Of a stretch of DNA of 47,175 bases, positions 24,578 through 38,030 are shown one piece after another (position 1 is the first letter of the stretch; every line of letters begins with the position of its first letter). The notes under the pieces were generated by a model. That model saw nothing but the letters and a program-made list of their open reading frames with translations. It made no database searches and was not told the DNA's origin. The stretch lies in contig CAXIUT010000138.1 in NCBI GenBank assembly GCA_964035545.1, positions 1 through 47,175 on the forward strand, given 5' to 3'. A program made the translations under genes and the position numbers. The stretch comes from Bugula neritina (taxonomy: Eukaryota; Animalia; Bryozoa).

Positions 24578-25123
24578 TCATAGTCTATTATGATAATTTA
24601 TGTCTTTTAATTTAGAACAATTGATATTTTAATACTGTTCTACTCTTTTTTATAGCGTCTTATTAATACTATCTTTTTGTTTTTGATCTTTCTTAGAAAT
24701 AAAAAGATCAACCCATCGATTTCTTACTTTTTTATTGAAAAATGGTTCGAATCTTAATTATTTCTGATTAATCGTTTGAAATTAATCAAACTAATCTCGA
24801 ACAGGCCGAAGTACTCTTGTAGCATATCTATTTCTAGAATTTTATTTCCATTATTTACTCTTTTTATTCAATTTATAAGAATATCTATCAAATGATTCTT
24901 TGATATTTTATTTATCATGGACAGGATCATATGAAATTCTTTGAGGTTAAGAAGTGTTAACTTTTCTAACACGATATGATTTTTATTTTCTTTGATTAAT
25001 TTTAAATATCTACTCGTAGTTGACAAGGTTTTGGCAAAGAGTAGTGTAGATGTTTTTATGTTTTTGTTGGGATTCATTTTTCCATTCACTATAATCCTAG
25101 TTCGAACAATCTGAATGCTTCAT
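24578..25123 (-). CDS. Hypothetical 181-aa protein
   Basis: Intact ATG-to-TGA ORF in code 30 (MKHSDCSNEDYSEW...). Confidence 0.55.
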
Positions 25124-25281
25124 CTAACGGATATATTGATAATAGACTTATTAAATTATCATTCTTTTAAGATCAATACAATCATTTTAAAAATATAAAT
25201 GTTTTTTGATGTTATTTACATTTGAAAAGTTTGTCTTTCTAGAAATGATTACCGCTTAATTATTATTAATAATTTGAATAT

Positions 25282-26438
25282 ATGACTGAAGCACTTCAAA
25301 AATATCCATAACTCAAGTAATAATACAACAGAATGAACTAACTAGGCTAAGGATCGTTTGGAAAAGTCTATCTCGCACAAAGACACCTATAAGAATCTTC
25401 TAATACTTCATCATCAACCAATGAGAACAATAATAAAACCAACATAATTCAAAAAAAAGAGGAATAATAACCAATTAAGAACAATCAAAACAATAAAAAA
25501 CAATAATTCTTTGCTGTGAAGAAGTTAAAGCCTTGTTTCAGAAAAAAAGTAGTTGATCCAGAAATGAAAAAAATTGAAAATTATCCCTAAATAAAAATAA
25601 TGAAACAACTATAACATCCAAATGTGATGAATATTCTATCAATTAGATAGCAGAACAAAGGATATTAAATTTGCCACTATTTAGTTTTAGATCTAGGCAT
25701 CGCCCTTATGGAACTCACAAGACACAAATAAATATCTCTTTCATTCGAACTTATCAAATGCATTATCGTACAACTTGTAGAAGGACTAGAGCATATCCAT
25801 TCTAAAAATATAATGCATCGAGATATCAAACCAAGCAATATTTATTTAATGAACGATGGGACAGTTAAAATAGGTGATTTTAGTATCTCAAGATCAATCA
25901 AAAATCAACAAAGTAATGCCATTTCAGAATAGGAACAGTAAAAAACAGGTAATGTTACTACTCGCCAATATAGAGCTCCTTAAATCATCTATGGCAGTCG
26001 GCATTATACATAATCTATTGATATTTGGGGTCTTGGCTGTACTTTAGCTGAGCTAGTTCTACATCAAACTCTGTTTCCAGGAAGTTCAGATATTAACCAA
26101 CTAGAACTCATCTTTTCAGTCCTTGGATATCCTGTATCTTTGTCTATATTTAGCAAAATCTATGGCCAGAAGCTTAAAAACTTCCTTATTATCTTGAATT
26201 CGATACAAACAAGTCAGCAACTCAACTGAAGGACTTATTGCCAAATATTAATCCAATGCTTTTGAACTTCATTCAATCCTGTCTAACACTGGATCCTATG
26301 AAAAGACCAACAGCAACAGAACTACGAAACCACTAGCTACTTAAATAACCAAACAATAATGCTAAATAGTAACTTGGGAAAATATGTTATTATTTGCATG
26401 AAAAAACATTGAAAAATATGTTTATCAAAATTAAATGA
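25282..26438 (+). CDS. CMGC/CDK-like Ser/Thr kinase
   Basis: GEGSFGKV, FAVKK, HRDIKPSN, GDFS, VTTRQYRAPE, IDIWGLGC; 20-nt intron 26134-26153. Confidence 0.92.
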
Positions 26439-26500
26439 TATCATTAATGATCATAATTATTTTCTTTTAGAACTTCTATAATAATAGAAATATTATAGAA

Positions 26501-27547
26501 ATGAGAAGCTATCATAGATATAGTAAAACTGTTCATGAATAAAGATAACATAAAAATCTTTATAGAAAACTGAAAGATATCACTTCAATCAAGAAAACAG
26601 CTTCTAATTAAACCAATATTGCAAATAGTTAAAACTAAAATTTAGCTTATACACATCAGAAGCATCAAACACTTGATGCAAAGGCAGTTAAAAAGGTTTG
26701 TTTCAGCTCTCAGAAGAGATAGACACGAGGATCATGTACAAAGTTGAAGCTAATTATTAATAACAAAGTTTCACAGCTTAGGAAAGAAGATCCACAGATA
26801 GTATCAGTGCAAACATTTAAGTCTCTCGATTCAAGCTTTGTTTGTATTGTTAAGAATGTAGATGCACCAAAATCTTTGAAAAATTTAAGACCATCAAATC
26901 CCAAATGGAATTAATGTCAAAAAAAATTAGGTTAGATAATGAAAAAGCTGAAGATATTTTATAATTCTCAATTTTGTTTAGGACAGCTTTCTTACTGGAT
27001 CGAATAATACTTTGAAGCATAGCATTCAGCTTTGAGTAAAGTCTTTATGAAGACAACTCCTAAAAAGAAAGGTCCTAAAAAGAAAATTCACCAAGAACTC
27101 TAAAAAAATACAGATATTGTCAAAAACAAACTTCAATACAAAATAAAAGATAACTATATTGGCAGTTACAGGTTCATAGAACCATAATAATTGACAAAAT
27201 TTTAGACTTTCTTAGAGAAACTCTATACAGATAAGAGCAAAATAAAACTAAAAGAAATATAAAAGTCATTGACATCCAAAATGACTCAAACCTTTTACTA
27301 GAATAGCGGCACAAATCGGTTCTAATCTTATAATAAATCAACAGAATTAATAAACTTTAGTCAAGATTTGAAGGCTTTTTAATCCCAAAGGGGATCACTC
27401 AAGATGATACCCAAGATCAGTCGACACTGTTTCCAGCTACTCAATGAAACAGACCAGCAAGTAGTAAAACATATCTAAAAATTAAACGAGGAAGCCAAAC
27501 AAATAGAAAAAAGCAAAGAGTTTACTATTATTTAATAATTGATATGA
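26501..27547 (+). CDS. Hypothetical 348-aa protein
   Basis: Uninterrupted ATG-to-TGA ORF in code 30. Confidence 0.65.
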
Positions 27548-27719
27548 AAATTTCTTTTGTTAGTATCATTCAAAATCAAATCTAAGATTGATATTAAATT
27601 AATCATTCTTCATCTATTTGCTATTTATAAAGCGATTTCAACTTATATATCTGATGAAATAAGTTTAATCTTTGTAATTTATTTAACCAAATCCTTCTCA
27701 ATATTTTTATTAATACCAA

Positions 27720-28878
27720 ATGGACCCAAGACCTTTTCACTTCGATTATCGCACTCCTCGTCTCCACAACCCGACTTAGTATCCTATTATCTATTCAGTC
27801 TCTCAAAATAACTCTTTGATCGAGTTCAACAGAAGTAGTCTCCAACCTAAATGACAAAGTCATCTTCAAATAACCCTTAGCTGTAAGTTATGTTGAATTC
27901 AGTAAAAGAGCCATTTCAACAGACCTCGATTCTAAGAAAAGCCTTCCTTTTAGTCTTCCTTATTCCCGTTATAAGTCGAAAGACAACTTTCAGTCGAATA
28001 AACGTAGACCTTCAATAACATAGTTAATAACTCAATGGCTAGCTATGGTCAAAACCTTCTTCGAAGTGAAAGTTAAAAAGGCAATGAAAGGAAAATAAGA
28101 TAAGAGTAAGATGTTTACAAAAAGCAGCAAAGGAAGTTTAATATAATTAGTTACTGGCCTAAAGCAGTTGAATCAACTCTCCATCAATTTCCAAAACTAA
28201 CTCTCGAAGATAAACTAATTGAGAATAGTTTTTTAGCTTAAGAAAATAAAAGATCATGAGATATTTTTTAAAGATCTAATCTCTATTTATTTTAAAGATA
28301 AATCTATTAAAATATTTGAATAAATAAGTATAAAATATTTATCAACATATTCGACTTAGATATAAAGATACAGAATAAACGACTCTATTGAGATTTAAAT
28401 GTTTAATTATCAAAGATATTATATACAAGCTCTCATGTTTAGTTGGTAGTAAACCATCATCAACATATCAAATGAGACAGATCACTAAGCAGATCACTCA
28501 AAACCCAAACCAATCGATTCAATAACTATCTATTCACCTGGAAGATATCATATCAACCTCTCAAGAACTACCGTTCAGCATTCATAGGCATAAATAACTC
28601 AACTTATTCTTGAGTAATTCGGTCTAGAGTAATTGCAAGAAGGATAACCTTCTTCTCACTAGTTACCTGAGCAAATGAAAATAAACTAGAAAGATCTGGT
28701 TTATATTTTTGGTCAGTTAAATATTACTCTATCTGGAGATATCGTCACCTTTAAGAGTTCAAAATCAATTGGAAATATCTCATCTTATCGATCGGTGATT
28801 AATGATGGAAACACTATAGTTCTGCATTTCAAAGATCAAAATCATCATTATGTCCTTATGCATTAAATCAAATACTGA
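27720..28878 (+). CDS. Hypothetical protein (full-length copy of the duplicated gene)
   Basis: Open to TGA at 28876 after removing two 20-nt introns; several synonymous differences from the 9743 copy support the frame. Confidence 0.7.
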
Positions 28879-28983
28879 TAGTTTTAGTGTTTGCTAACTA
28901 ATTTAATATTTAAATAATAAATTATCTTTATTAAGAGCTTAGCTTTAATTCTTTTTACAATTCATATTTATTTAATCTAAGAT

Positions 28984-29628
28984 ATGTAAAAACAAGAACA
29001 AAAAATACAAATGAATATGAAATGCTATCAATGCCAATCAACAAGTAACTTAGTTGAATTCGATGAAGAAGACTGCATCTGTCGACCTTGTATGACCGAG
29101 CAGGCAAGAATAATGGAATAATTCAAAGGTAAAAGAACACATAAATATCCATAAATAGATAAAATTTAAGAATGGCTATTCCTAGGTAATGAAGATGCTG
29201 CTACTGACCAATCAATTCTAACAACTCACAATATAACTGCTATCTGTGTCTGTGGATCACATCTGGATACTCCATTCAAAAATGATTAAAAATATTAATA
29301 CAAACAATATCAATTACAAGATTTTCCAAAACAATCTATCAAGCAACACTTTGAAGATCATTTCTAATGGATGAATAAAATGAGATAGCAAAAAAGAAAT
29401 ATACTTATTCACTGTGCAGCTGGTGTTTCTAGAAGTTCTAGCTTTACAATTGCTTATCTGATGAGAGATAAAAAAAAGCCTTTCCATGAGGTGATTTAGT
29501 ATGTGAAAAATAAGAGAAAGTGTATTAATCCTAATTCAGGATTTAGGAATCAACTAATAGAGTATAATAATTAACTCGGATTGCCAAAGTTCAAAGTGTT
29601 GGGGTAGTATCCTGAAGATAAAGAATGA
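28984..29628 (+). CDS. Dual-specificity protein phosphatase
   Basis: LFLGN, IHCAAGVSRS, AYLM, INPNSGFRNQL; N-terminal Cys cluster. Confidence 0.93.
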
Positions 29629-30334
29629 AGTTATGATAGAACTTTTATCTTTTTAAGTGACGATATTTAATTAGTATTAAGAACATAATTAATGATTGTA
29701 TTTTATTTTTTAATGATGATTCACATATTCACAATCTTTCAGACAATAAGAAGGATATGAAGACTCTTTTAATATGTATATATCTTCGGTTGTTGATAAT
29801 AAGTCATTATTTTTTATATAATTTTTTTTATTAACGAGAAATTTACATTTTAATGATAATCTATGTCATTTCATAATATCATCTACAAACCTTCTAATTC
29901 TACTATTCTTTAATTTACAATATTTAGTCAGCTTTTGTGTCTTTCTTATCGAATAAAATATCAATTTAATTTCATAAATTAAGATTCTATCGTCTGTCCT
30001 TCCAGTAAAAATAATCGAATTTATCAATAGTTAAGCACTAGTTTATCTATAAAAGCATATTCATTAACTAGCATGTTTTTCTTTAGATAATATTGAACTT
30101 CAAGATGTCTAATGAGGTAAACAATAATTGATAGTATTCCCTTGAACTCAAAAAAATCAATAAATTCATTCGAATAAAGTTTAATTAGAACAGAATAATC
30201 GAAACTGATTGTTAGTAATTTTAATTGCAAGCCTACTAAGTTGACAGATAAAAGTCAAATATACTTTTGTATGGATATTATTGATATTAATATCATAATT
30301 ATAGCTTAAATAGTTGAATAATAACACAACTTAA

Positions 30335-31202
30335 TCATTTGATAAGTTTTTCAAAAATGTTTTAATCTTGTCGTTTTAGATGGTACTCTATTTTAGCCAC
30401 ATCTTCTGCTCCAAAATACAACTGAAAATCAACTTTCTTTCCGCCAAAATATTTATTTGCAAAAAAGTCCTCAAGATCATCAGCCATCAACTACATCTCA
30501 TGAACTGCTTACAAAAATACTTTCAAGATACCCTTGTCAACCTCAGCAAACTTCAAAAAAACTACCATCACACTTTATCTAATATAACCATATAGCATCT
30601 CTAACTATTAATTGAGAAGGTCATATAAGGCTTGAAATCCTTTCTTCCTTTCTTTATAGTATCTTCCAACAGTATTAAAGGTCAGATTCAAAGATGGTAT
30701 AAGCAAGTTGATCTGATTAACAAGTCTAAATATATCAATCACTAAGGAATCACAGTTCATAGTTTTCAAAGTCTAAAAACTATTTTTAGAACGAAGGTAA
30801 ACTTAGCTGATTGATGGAAGTTTAGCGAGATAGCTTATATAAGATCGATAAAAAGCAATGAACCAGTTCTCTTATGTCTTCAATTTACTTTAAATGGCTG
30901 TTCCTAAATTAGATAACTAGTCGACTACACTTCCCATATAGTTCATTCTTCGAACACTTCCATGCATCAGAGTCATCAGCTTGCCTATTTATTATGCTTT
31001 TTATAGTTGTTCTAATCGACTAATGAGTGTTCTGATAAATTTTTAGGGAGCTAAAGATTGAGAAATTGATTATTAGAGTACCCCATGATTTCGAGTAGAG
31101 TTGACCAGGTCCTAGTACTCCTACCTTGGAGATAAGAGAAGAAACATGAGCTTATTGAGTTGAACGACTGCGAGGAGAGAGTAGAGTTCTGAGATAGAGC
31201 AT
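30335..31202 (-). CDS. Hypothetical helical protein, ANTH-domain-like C-terminal half
   Basis: FQALYDLLNEELEMLYGYIRESVMVVFLKFAEVDKGILKVFLEAV...DDLEDFF resembles ANTH C-terminal helices; one frameshift. Confidence 0.5.
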
Positions 31203-31342
31203 AGGTAAAGAGTTATAAATGATAATAAACATAAAAGGGTTCATAAGGGTATTTTTAAAAAGATTAATAAAGATTAATAAGAATAAGAAAGTACTAAAAG
31301 AATAAATATTGTAATATTTAAGTATAATTGTGCTTGATATCC

Positions 31343-32154
31343 ATGTTTGTTGTTCGAAACTTTTTCCGTCTGAGCACATAGATTGGACAACAGCAAAACA
31401 ACATACGTCGCTTCTATACTTAAGCCACAGTAGTACCAAACCTATCAAAAAAACATCCTCTTCATAAGTTCTCACTTATTTATGCAGCTACCTAATTCAT
31501 CTCGATAAAAAAACTCTAAAAACACCATATCAAAACCTTCTCGCTTTACCATCTAAAACTTTAGGCTTTTTAGTTGCCAATGAGTTCAATAGACAAGTAA
31601 AACACCTCAAAACAGGAGAAATGCCGATCACTGCTCTCTGTAGAACAGCTGTTGATGCCGATATCTAAGGTCATCTCGCATAACACCTCAAACACACAAT
31701 CTATGAATATTTAAAGACAGACACAATTTTATTTTAGGATGAATGCTTCAGCAAGTAGTATGAAATGTATTCAATTCCACTAATCAATAATTTCAAATAA
31801 AATAATTCTAGATAGATATCACCACTTCAAAAACCTTTGAACCTCCTCAAGTATAAATCAACTAAAACTTTACAAAATGGATCGACAGCTTAAACAACTG
31901 GCAGTTGATAGGTCTGTAGACAATGACTATCTGGATGAAGAGCACTATTTCGGCAGTGAGCATAGTTTAATCTCAATACAACCCAAAAGACATTCAAAAA
32001 GCAGCATATTTATAATAATACGCTCAGATGAAAGGCAGCGGATAGGTAGAATAAAAGTTGATGGATATCAACCAGATATCACTGATGGTAGGATGCGGAT
32101 AGATTCTCTATAGATATGGAATTTCTGATTGATGTTATAGCTTTATTTAAGTGA
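31343..32154 (+). CDS. ATP12: ATP12 (ATPAF2) F1-ATPase assembly chaperone
   Basis: RRFY, IHLDKKTLKTP, LVANEF..Q, MPITALCRTAVD, YLKTDTI; 20-nt intron 31468-31487. Confidence 0.88.
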
Positions 32155-32178
32155 TATAATCGTTTAATTGCCTTGTTG

Positions 32179-33255
32179 ATGTTATCAAAAGCCGATCCCC
32201 TTGTTTTCAGACAACACATTCTTTGCGCTTTGTTGGCAGAACAAAATCTATGTCTAGAAGATATCAATTTACACAGTAGTCCGCCTGGAATGCTGCCAGA
32301 ATAATCTAGATTTCTAAGATTGCTTTAAAATATATGCAATGGATGTAAAGTATTAGTCGGCAAGGGAGGATCAATACTTCGTTTTTATTCTGGAATGGTC
32401 ACCAATAACGATGGAGTTTAATTAGATTTCGACTGTGGACTTTAACGCTCCATTTCATACTATCTCTAATATTTGCTAATTATAGCTATGACAGGTAAAA
32501 CAGCTTTGAACATTCACCTGCATGGATTGACCGATCACCCTCATGACAATTCAGTTGATTCGATACAGAATCATCTCATTCCTTTCCTAAAAAATCATTA
32601 TGGACTTGATAATTAACTGCAAATGAGAATTATCAAACGAGGATATCTACCTCATGGTGGAGGACATGTGCATATCATCATTCCTCCGATAAGAAAATTC
32701 CAAAAAATCAATTTGATAGAAAAAGGGTATATCAAAAGAATCAGAGGTAATTGTTCAGGAAGTCTAATATCTACCAGCATTCTGAACAAAGTTAAAGATA
32801 CTGCAAAAGGCAAACTACTAGACTACATTCCTGATGTATGGATTCATACTGATTTTTACAAAGGAGACAAAGCTTCGAAAAATCCAGGCTACAACCTTTC
32901 TCTACATGCAGAAACAACTACCGGAGCAGTCATGTCTTTCGATTCCACTTATCAATCTAGTAGTCCATAGTAATTTGCCACATTGACAGTAAATTCTTTT
33001 CTTGATGAGCTTTAACATTCAGGAGTAATATCGACTAACTATCAGTGGTTTGTTTTAACTCTCATGGCTTTAAGTTAAAAGAAAACAAGTAATATCAAGT
33101 TAGGAAGGGTGTCCAGCTTTACAGTGGAATGCTTGAGAGTAATTAGAGATGTTTTTGGCGTGCTATTTGAAATAGAAGAGAGTTAATCATAAAATATGGC
33201 TGTTTTTCGATGTCTTGGTATTGGATTTTAAAATTATGCAAGAATCGTTAAATGA
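32179..33255 (+). CDS. RCL1: RNA 3'-terminal phosphate cyclase-like protein RCL1
   Basis: 358-aa ORF: FRQHILCALL, FDCGLERSISYYLE, GLTD..HDNSVD, KRGYLPHGGG, CLGIGFEN. Confidence 0.92.
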
Positions 33256-33322
33256 TTTATTTACTCTTCATTCTTTATATACCTATTATTAAAAAGAGCT
33301 ATTTTCATATAACTTAGTGACA

Positions 33323-34901
33323 TCAAAATCTTTTTATTTGTTATGAACAAACAACTTTAAATCCAGTTTGTTCTTGAACCTCTTACAAAGTAGTTCCCTC
33401 ACTTAGCTCAGTCAAAACCAATTTCCCCTAAATATTTACAAATACAGCTAATTCTGTTATTACCATTGCTGCTACTCCTCTCCCAGTCAAAGGCAAAGAA
33501 CATTCAGGCACCAATTTGATTTATCTTTTTCCATCTTTTTTCAGAACAGAATGCTGCATCAAAACAATCACTTTACAGGAAGATACTAGATCCATAGCAC
33601 CTCCCATACCTTTCATTACTTTACCAGGTATCATCCAATTGGCAATATCTCCTTTTTCACTGACCTGAAAAGAACCCAACATAGTCACATCAAGATGACC
33701 GCCTCTAATCATTCCAAACGATTGAGAAGAAGAAAAATAAGATCCTCCAGGTCTAAGAGTAATGGTTTCCTTTATTACAAATAAAATACCTTTCCAGCAT
33801 TGATATTATCAGGATCAACATCTTCCAGAGATGGATGATGACCTACACCTAGTACTCCATTCTCACTCTGAATACTGATATTAATATTAGGAGGCAATAC
33901 TTCTGGCAGCAAAGTAGGTATCCCTATACCCAAGTTGACTGTCATTCCATCTGAGACCTACTTACTTGCTCTAGTTGCTATTTTATATCTTATCTTATCT
34001 TTCAAACTTATTTTAACATTGTCATCAAATTTTAATTAGTTAGAAAGTATGTTACTATATTTAACTTTTCTTTTGACTTATAAATGGTCTTCAAGGGTTA
34101 ATCGTTAAATCACGCTTTATGAATATTTACTGTCTGGCTACATTTTATAGATTCTATCGACATAAATAGCAGAACGTGAATTGCTTAAGGGTCTAGTTCT
34201 CCAGGTTATACTATCTATTACACTTATGCGATTACACATTTTGCACATAGAGCGATATCTGCATTGAAGTTACGAGCTGTTTTGTGGAACTATAAATTAC
34301 CAAGAGTATCAGCTCTTTTTGCTTTAATCAAACCAAATTATCCAAAAATAGATCTTTCCTAAAGAAACTTACGTCCATTGAATATTTTACTCGGTTTCGC
34401 TTCAGTTATTTACTAAGGCTAGAGTTTGCCTGCTTATTTTTTATATTTGATGACAAAACCTCCAGTTTAGACAACTGTACCAACTCCAGTAGGTGTATAA
34501 AAGGCAGGAATGCCAAATCCTCCACTTCTAAATTTCTATGCTAAGGTGCCCTGAGGACATACTTACAACTCTAACTATCCATTGAAATATTGTTGTTGAG
34601 CTGATGTATTTTATCCAAGATGAGAGAAAATTAATCTTTTGATTTGTTTGGTTCTGAGAAGCATGGTAATTCCCCAATCTTCTTCAAGACTTTTTCCATC
34701 AACTCCGCAACTATTAGATGCTATGGTTAGATTTGATGCTTTTGATAATCTGACTGCATTTACAAGGTTCATGGGAACTCCACAAAATCCAAAACCTCCA
34801 ACAAGTAAAAAGCTTCCATTTTTGATTCCTTAAATGGCTTTGAGAGAATCATGGTATATTTTTGATTTAGAAAAGGTAAATACTTTATGCCAGAGAAGCA
34901 T
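33323..34901 (-). CDS. OXCT1: Succinyl-CoA:3-oxoacid CoA-transferase (SCOT, fused A+B subunits)
   Basis: [30 protein letters not shown], catalytic [14 protein letters not shown]; intron 33770-33789; one-base deletion near 34172. Confidence 0.93.
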
Positions 34902-35383
34902 TAATCCAAAAATTATAAATATTCTAATTTGATCATATTTTCCTGATGTTATTTGGTATGATAATTGATTGTTTCAATCATAGTAAATATGTTTTTGTAT
35001 CAGAACTTCTCTAAAGTATAAATAGTCATAATGGATAGTTGTTACAGTTATTGTTAATGATTTTTTAACATTATCTTCATCTTATTTAAAAGTCATTATT
35101 TTAAAAATTTATGTAAGTGAAACTTCCATAGTAGAAGCTCTACAAGGATGAAAATATTATTTTATCTCTTTTTTATCTGATTATCGACCTACCTGAATAA
35201 CTATTTTTAAAAATATTGACAATAATTCAAATATTAAAGTCATAATATCATCTACATTCTTATATTTGAATAGTTTGAACCGAAAATAGTTCGATATTAG
35301 AGAAACATCTCAATAAAAATATTTAATAAGCATAGAAAAACACCTAATAAAATTATAAGAATTATATAAATTACATTTCTACC

Positions 35384-37957
35384 ATGAAACAACTGACTAA
35401 AACCCTACTTGGGCTAGCATCTATTCTTTTGATTTCGGTGTTTGTCTCACAAATTGATAAGTCTCCTTCTCTCACCATTCAAAGATTGCTCCAAACCACA
35501 ACCTACAACACCCAATCTACCAGAACAACTAACGTTGGCGATCTTTGTTAGTCCAATGTTGATAGATCTACTCTTGTTGACTCAGGAGATGCTGCTTCTG
35601 CCAAATCCCAAAGGACAGCCGTCTCTAATGAGTTAGGAATAGATGGGTAATATTTGAATAATTTAGAAACTAACTGATCACGACAGCAGTCAACAAAAGT
35701 ACAAGCGATGCCCTTGATATGCTCACTGGAAGTCTCGTTAAATATGCTATCTTTGTTGGAACTTTCCTATTAGGCTTGATAATCTTTCTCTTTATCTGGC
35801 CTTTCCTTTGTTGTTGTTGCACCTGTCCCTCTTGCTGTCCTTCCAAATGCTGCCAAAAAGCATAGAATGAACAATACAGCAAATGTGAATTATACTGGCC
35901 TCTTGTAACTTTAATATTTGCTCTTCTTCTGACTTTAGGTGCCTCAGCCTATGGTATTTTATCTATTATTTAAGGTTATTCTAAAGTATCAACATTCGGC
36001 CCATCTATCACGAATATTGGTTGTTCTACAGCTATTTTCTTTGATGACTTGTTAAATGGAAATGTGACAAGTGATAATGCAGGCTTTTTCTCCGGTTTAA
36101 ATACTATAAGCAGCTAACTAGGAAACCTAAATGGCAATCTTAGCAACATTAATGGAAACTTTTCAGATTTTAGAGATAACACAGCTACATCAAAATCAAA
36201 AACTGCCTTAGACAATGTTGTGGCAGTTAGAGATAACAATGTTAAACAGATCCCTGACACTACAACTCCATTTCAACTAACTCTAACCTATGGTACACCT
36301 ATCGATATAAATCCAACCACAGGAACTCTAACAGCTCCTTTCAAAGAAGTTCTTGGAGATTTTTCAAACTCTTCAACCTTGGTTGGTACCTTATATAATG
36401 TTATTGATGGAATAGCTACTCTTATTGACGATACCAGAACCAGTGCAGGAGTATTCAATACTAAATCTTCAGCTATCACAACTGCTCTATCTGATATTCA
36501 AAGTAATGTGACTTCCATTAGTGATAAAGTTTCTGATGTAGATAGAAGCATGGAAAGTTCTCTAACTAGTTTTAAAACAGCTGGAACCAACGGAAACATT
36601 GCCCTTCAAGCTTATTATGGCATTCTTATTGGTTTCAGCTTTTTCGCTTTAATAGGAGCACTCCTTACAGCCTGCTGTGATAAATATGGATGCCGTCATC
36701 TGATGTATTTTAGTTGCATCTTCCTATTTTTAGCTGCATTCCTTGGATTCTTTATCTCAACCATTTTCTCGATATTCTTACCTTTTGTGACATGGGGATG
36801 TTCCTTTTTAGATGTCACACTTGCAAGTTCCTCAGGTTTTAAAAGTAAAATAATATTAATTCAGCCAATCTCGATGGTGTTCTCGGAGCTACTGTTGCTG
36901 ATCAACTAGCTACATGCATGCCTTTTGGAGATGGAAACCTTATCAACTCTATTTCTAGTGGTGATTCCATGGATGCCCTGAACAACTTGACTTCAGTGAT
37001 CGATACTATGGGTTCATTCAATTCTACCTAGTACAAATCCTGGGTTGGAGGTAATTTAACAACTGTTATGAATTCTATTAATACCTGGACTAAAGGAGAA
37101 GTAGTCGATCTTGACACTACAAACTTTGATATCCTTAAAACAATGTCAATTCCAACAGATTCATCATGGACTAGCTGTAATGCAGCTTTTTCATCTGATA
37201 GCTGGGTACCTTCTAATAACCAAAATTCTAGTTATAATACAATACCTTGCCAAGTTGGTTCAGGTACTGGAGATAGTACAACTTGTACGAATACTTTAGC
37301 AGATAATGGAGGAAATACATGTGCTGGTTGTATGGATAGTGCTGACTTATCAACTTTGATAACTGTGGCTGCCAATCTAAAATCAGCTCTTGATACTAAA
37401 TATACTGTTTCATGTACTTTCAATGCTAAAATGGAAAATGTGTGGACCAACTACTACTTGGCTAAAATGCTGCTTATGGGCCAACTGATACAGCTACTAC
37501 TGTTACAGGAGTTAGAGGAAGAGCTTTAGCTTCTGAAGCCATTATCATTGATGATTCTGCTTCATCAGGAGGAGTCTATGAGTCACTCGACACAATGTAA
37601 ACTCTCTTCAATAACATCAATACAGGTATGAGCGCTATCAGTGATCTTACTGATCCTAAATATGGTTTAATGGCTGGTATGAACTGTCGTATTTTCGGCT
37701 AGGATTTCGTTAGAATTCAAGAAATATTCTGTGGCAGCAGTTATACTAATATGTATACTATGAGATTGGCAATTGGAATCAGTTCTTATGGAGTACTTTT
37801 AGCTATGTGCTGCATTGTATGTACTGGAGTCAGATATTATAAACACTCTGAAAGAAAAAATAAAATTGGAGATGCTTTTTACAAAGGAGAAGATCCTTAC
37901 GCTAAGGGAGATCACGGAGAACACGGTAGTGGACACGCTCTCTATGGAAAATATTGA
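35384..37957 (+). CDS. Multi-pass membrane glycoprotein, prominin/tweety-like topology
   Basis: Signal peptide, TM1 followed by CCCCTCPSCCPSKCC, TM2, large S/T/N-rich loop, two more TMs, second Cys-rich loop, final TM; introns 35647-35666, 35954-35974, 36845-36864. Confidence 0.75.
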
Positions 37958-38030
37958 ATCATATATCCCCATCAATTTTATATGAATAGTTATTAAATAT
38001 AAAATAATCTAATCCTCTAACAACTTTGTA

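Noticed and set aside
1-33255. Apparent all-plus-strand gene polarity in the left 33 kb
   Set aside because: Code-30 reading reveals minus-strand genes at 9173, 10370, 24578 and 30335, so the bias is modest.
34168-34176. Frameshifts in SCOT, FOP, BTAF1 and others as programmed frameshifting or pseudogenes
   Set aside because: They are mostly single-base indels in or next to homopolymers with no shared slippery motif; long-read error is the simpler explanation.
2941-34901. Cluster of mitochondrial genes (LETM1, RAP, mTERF, GlyRS, ATP12, SCOT)
   Set aside because: They are interspersed with unrelated genes; 6 of about 30 is not clearly above chance.
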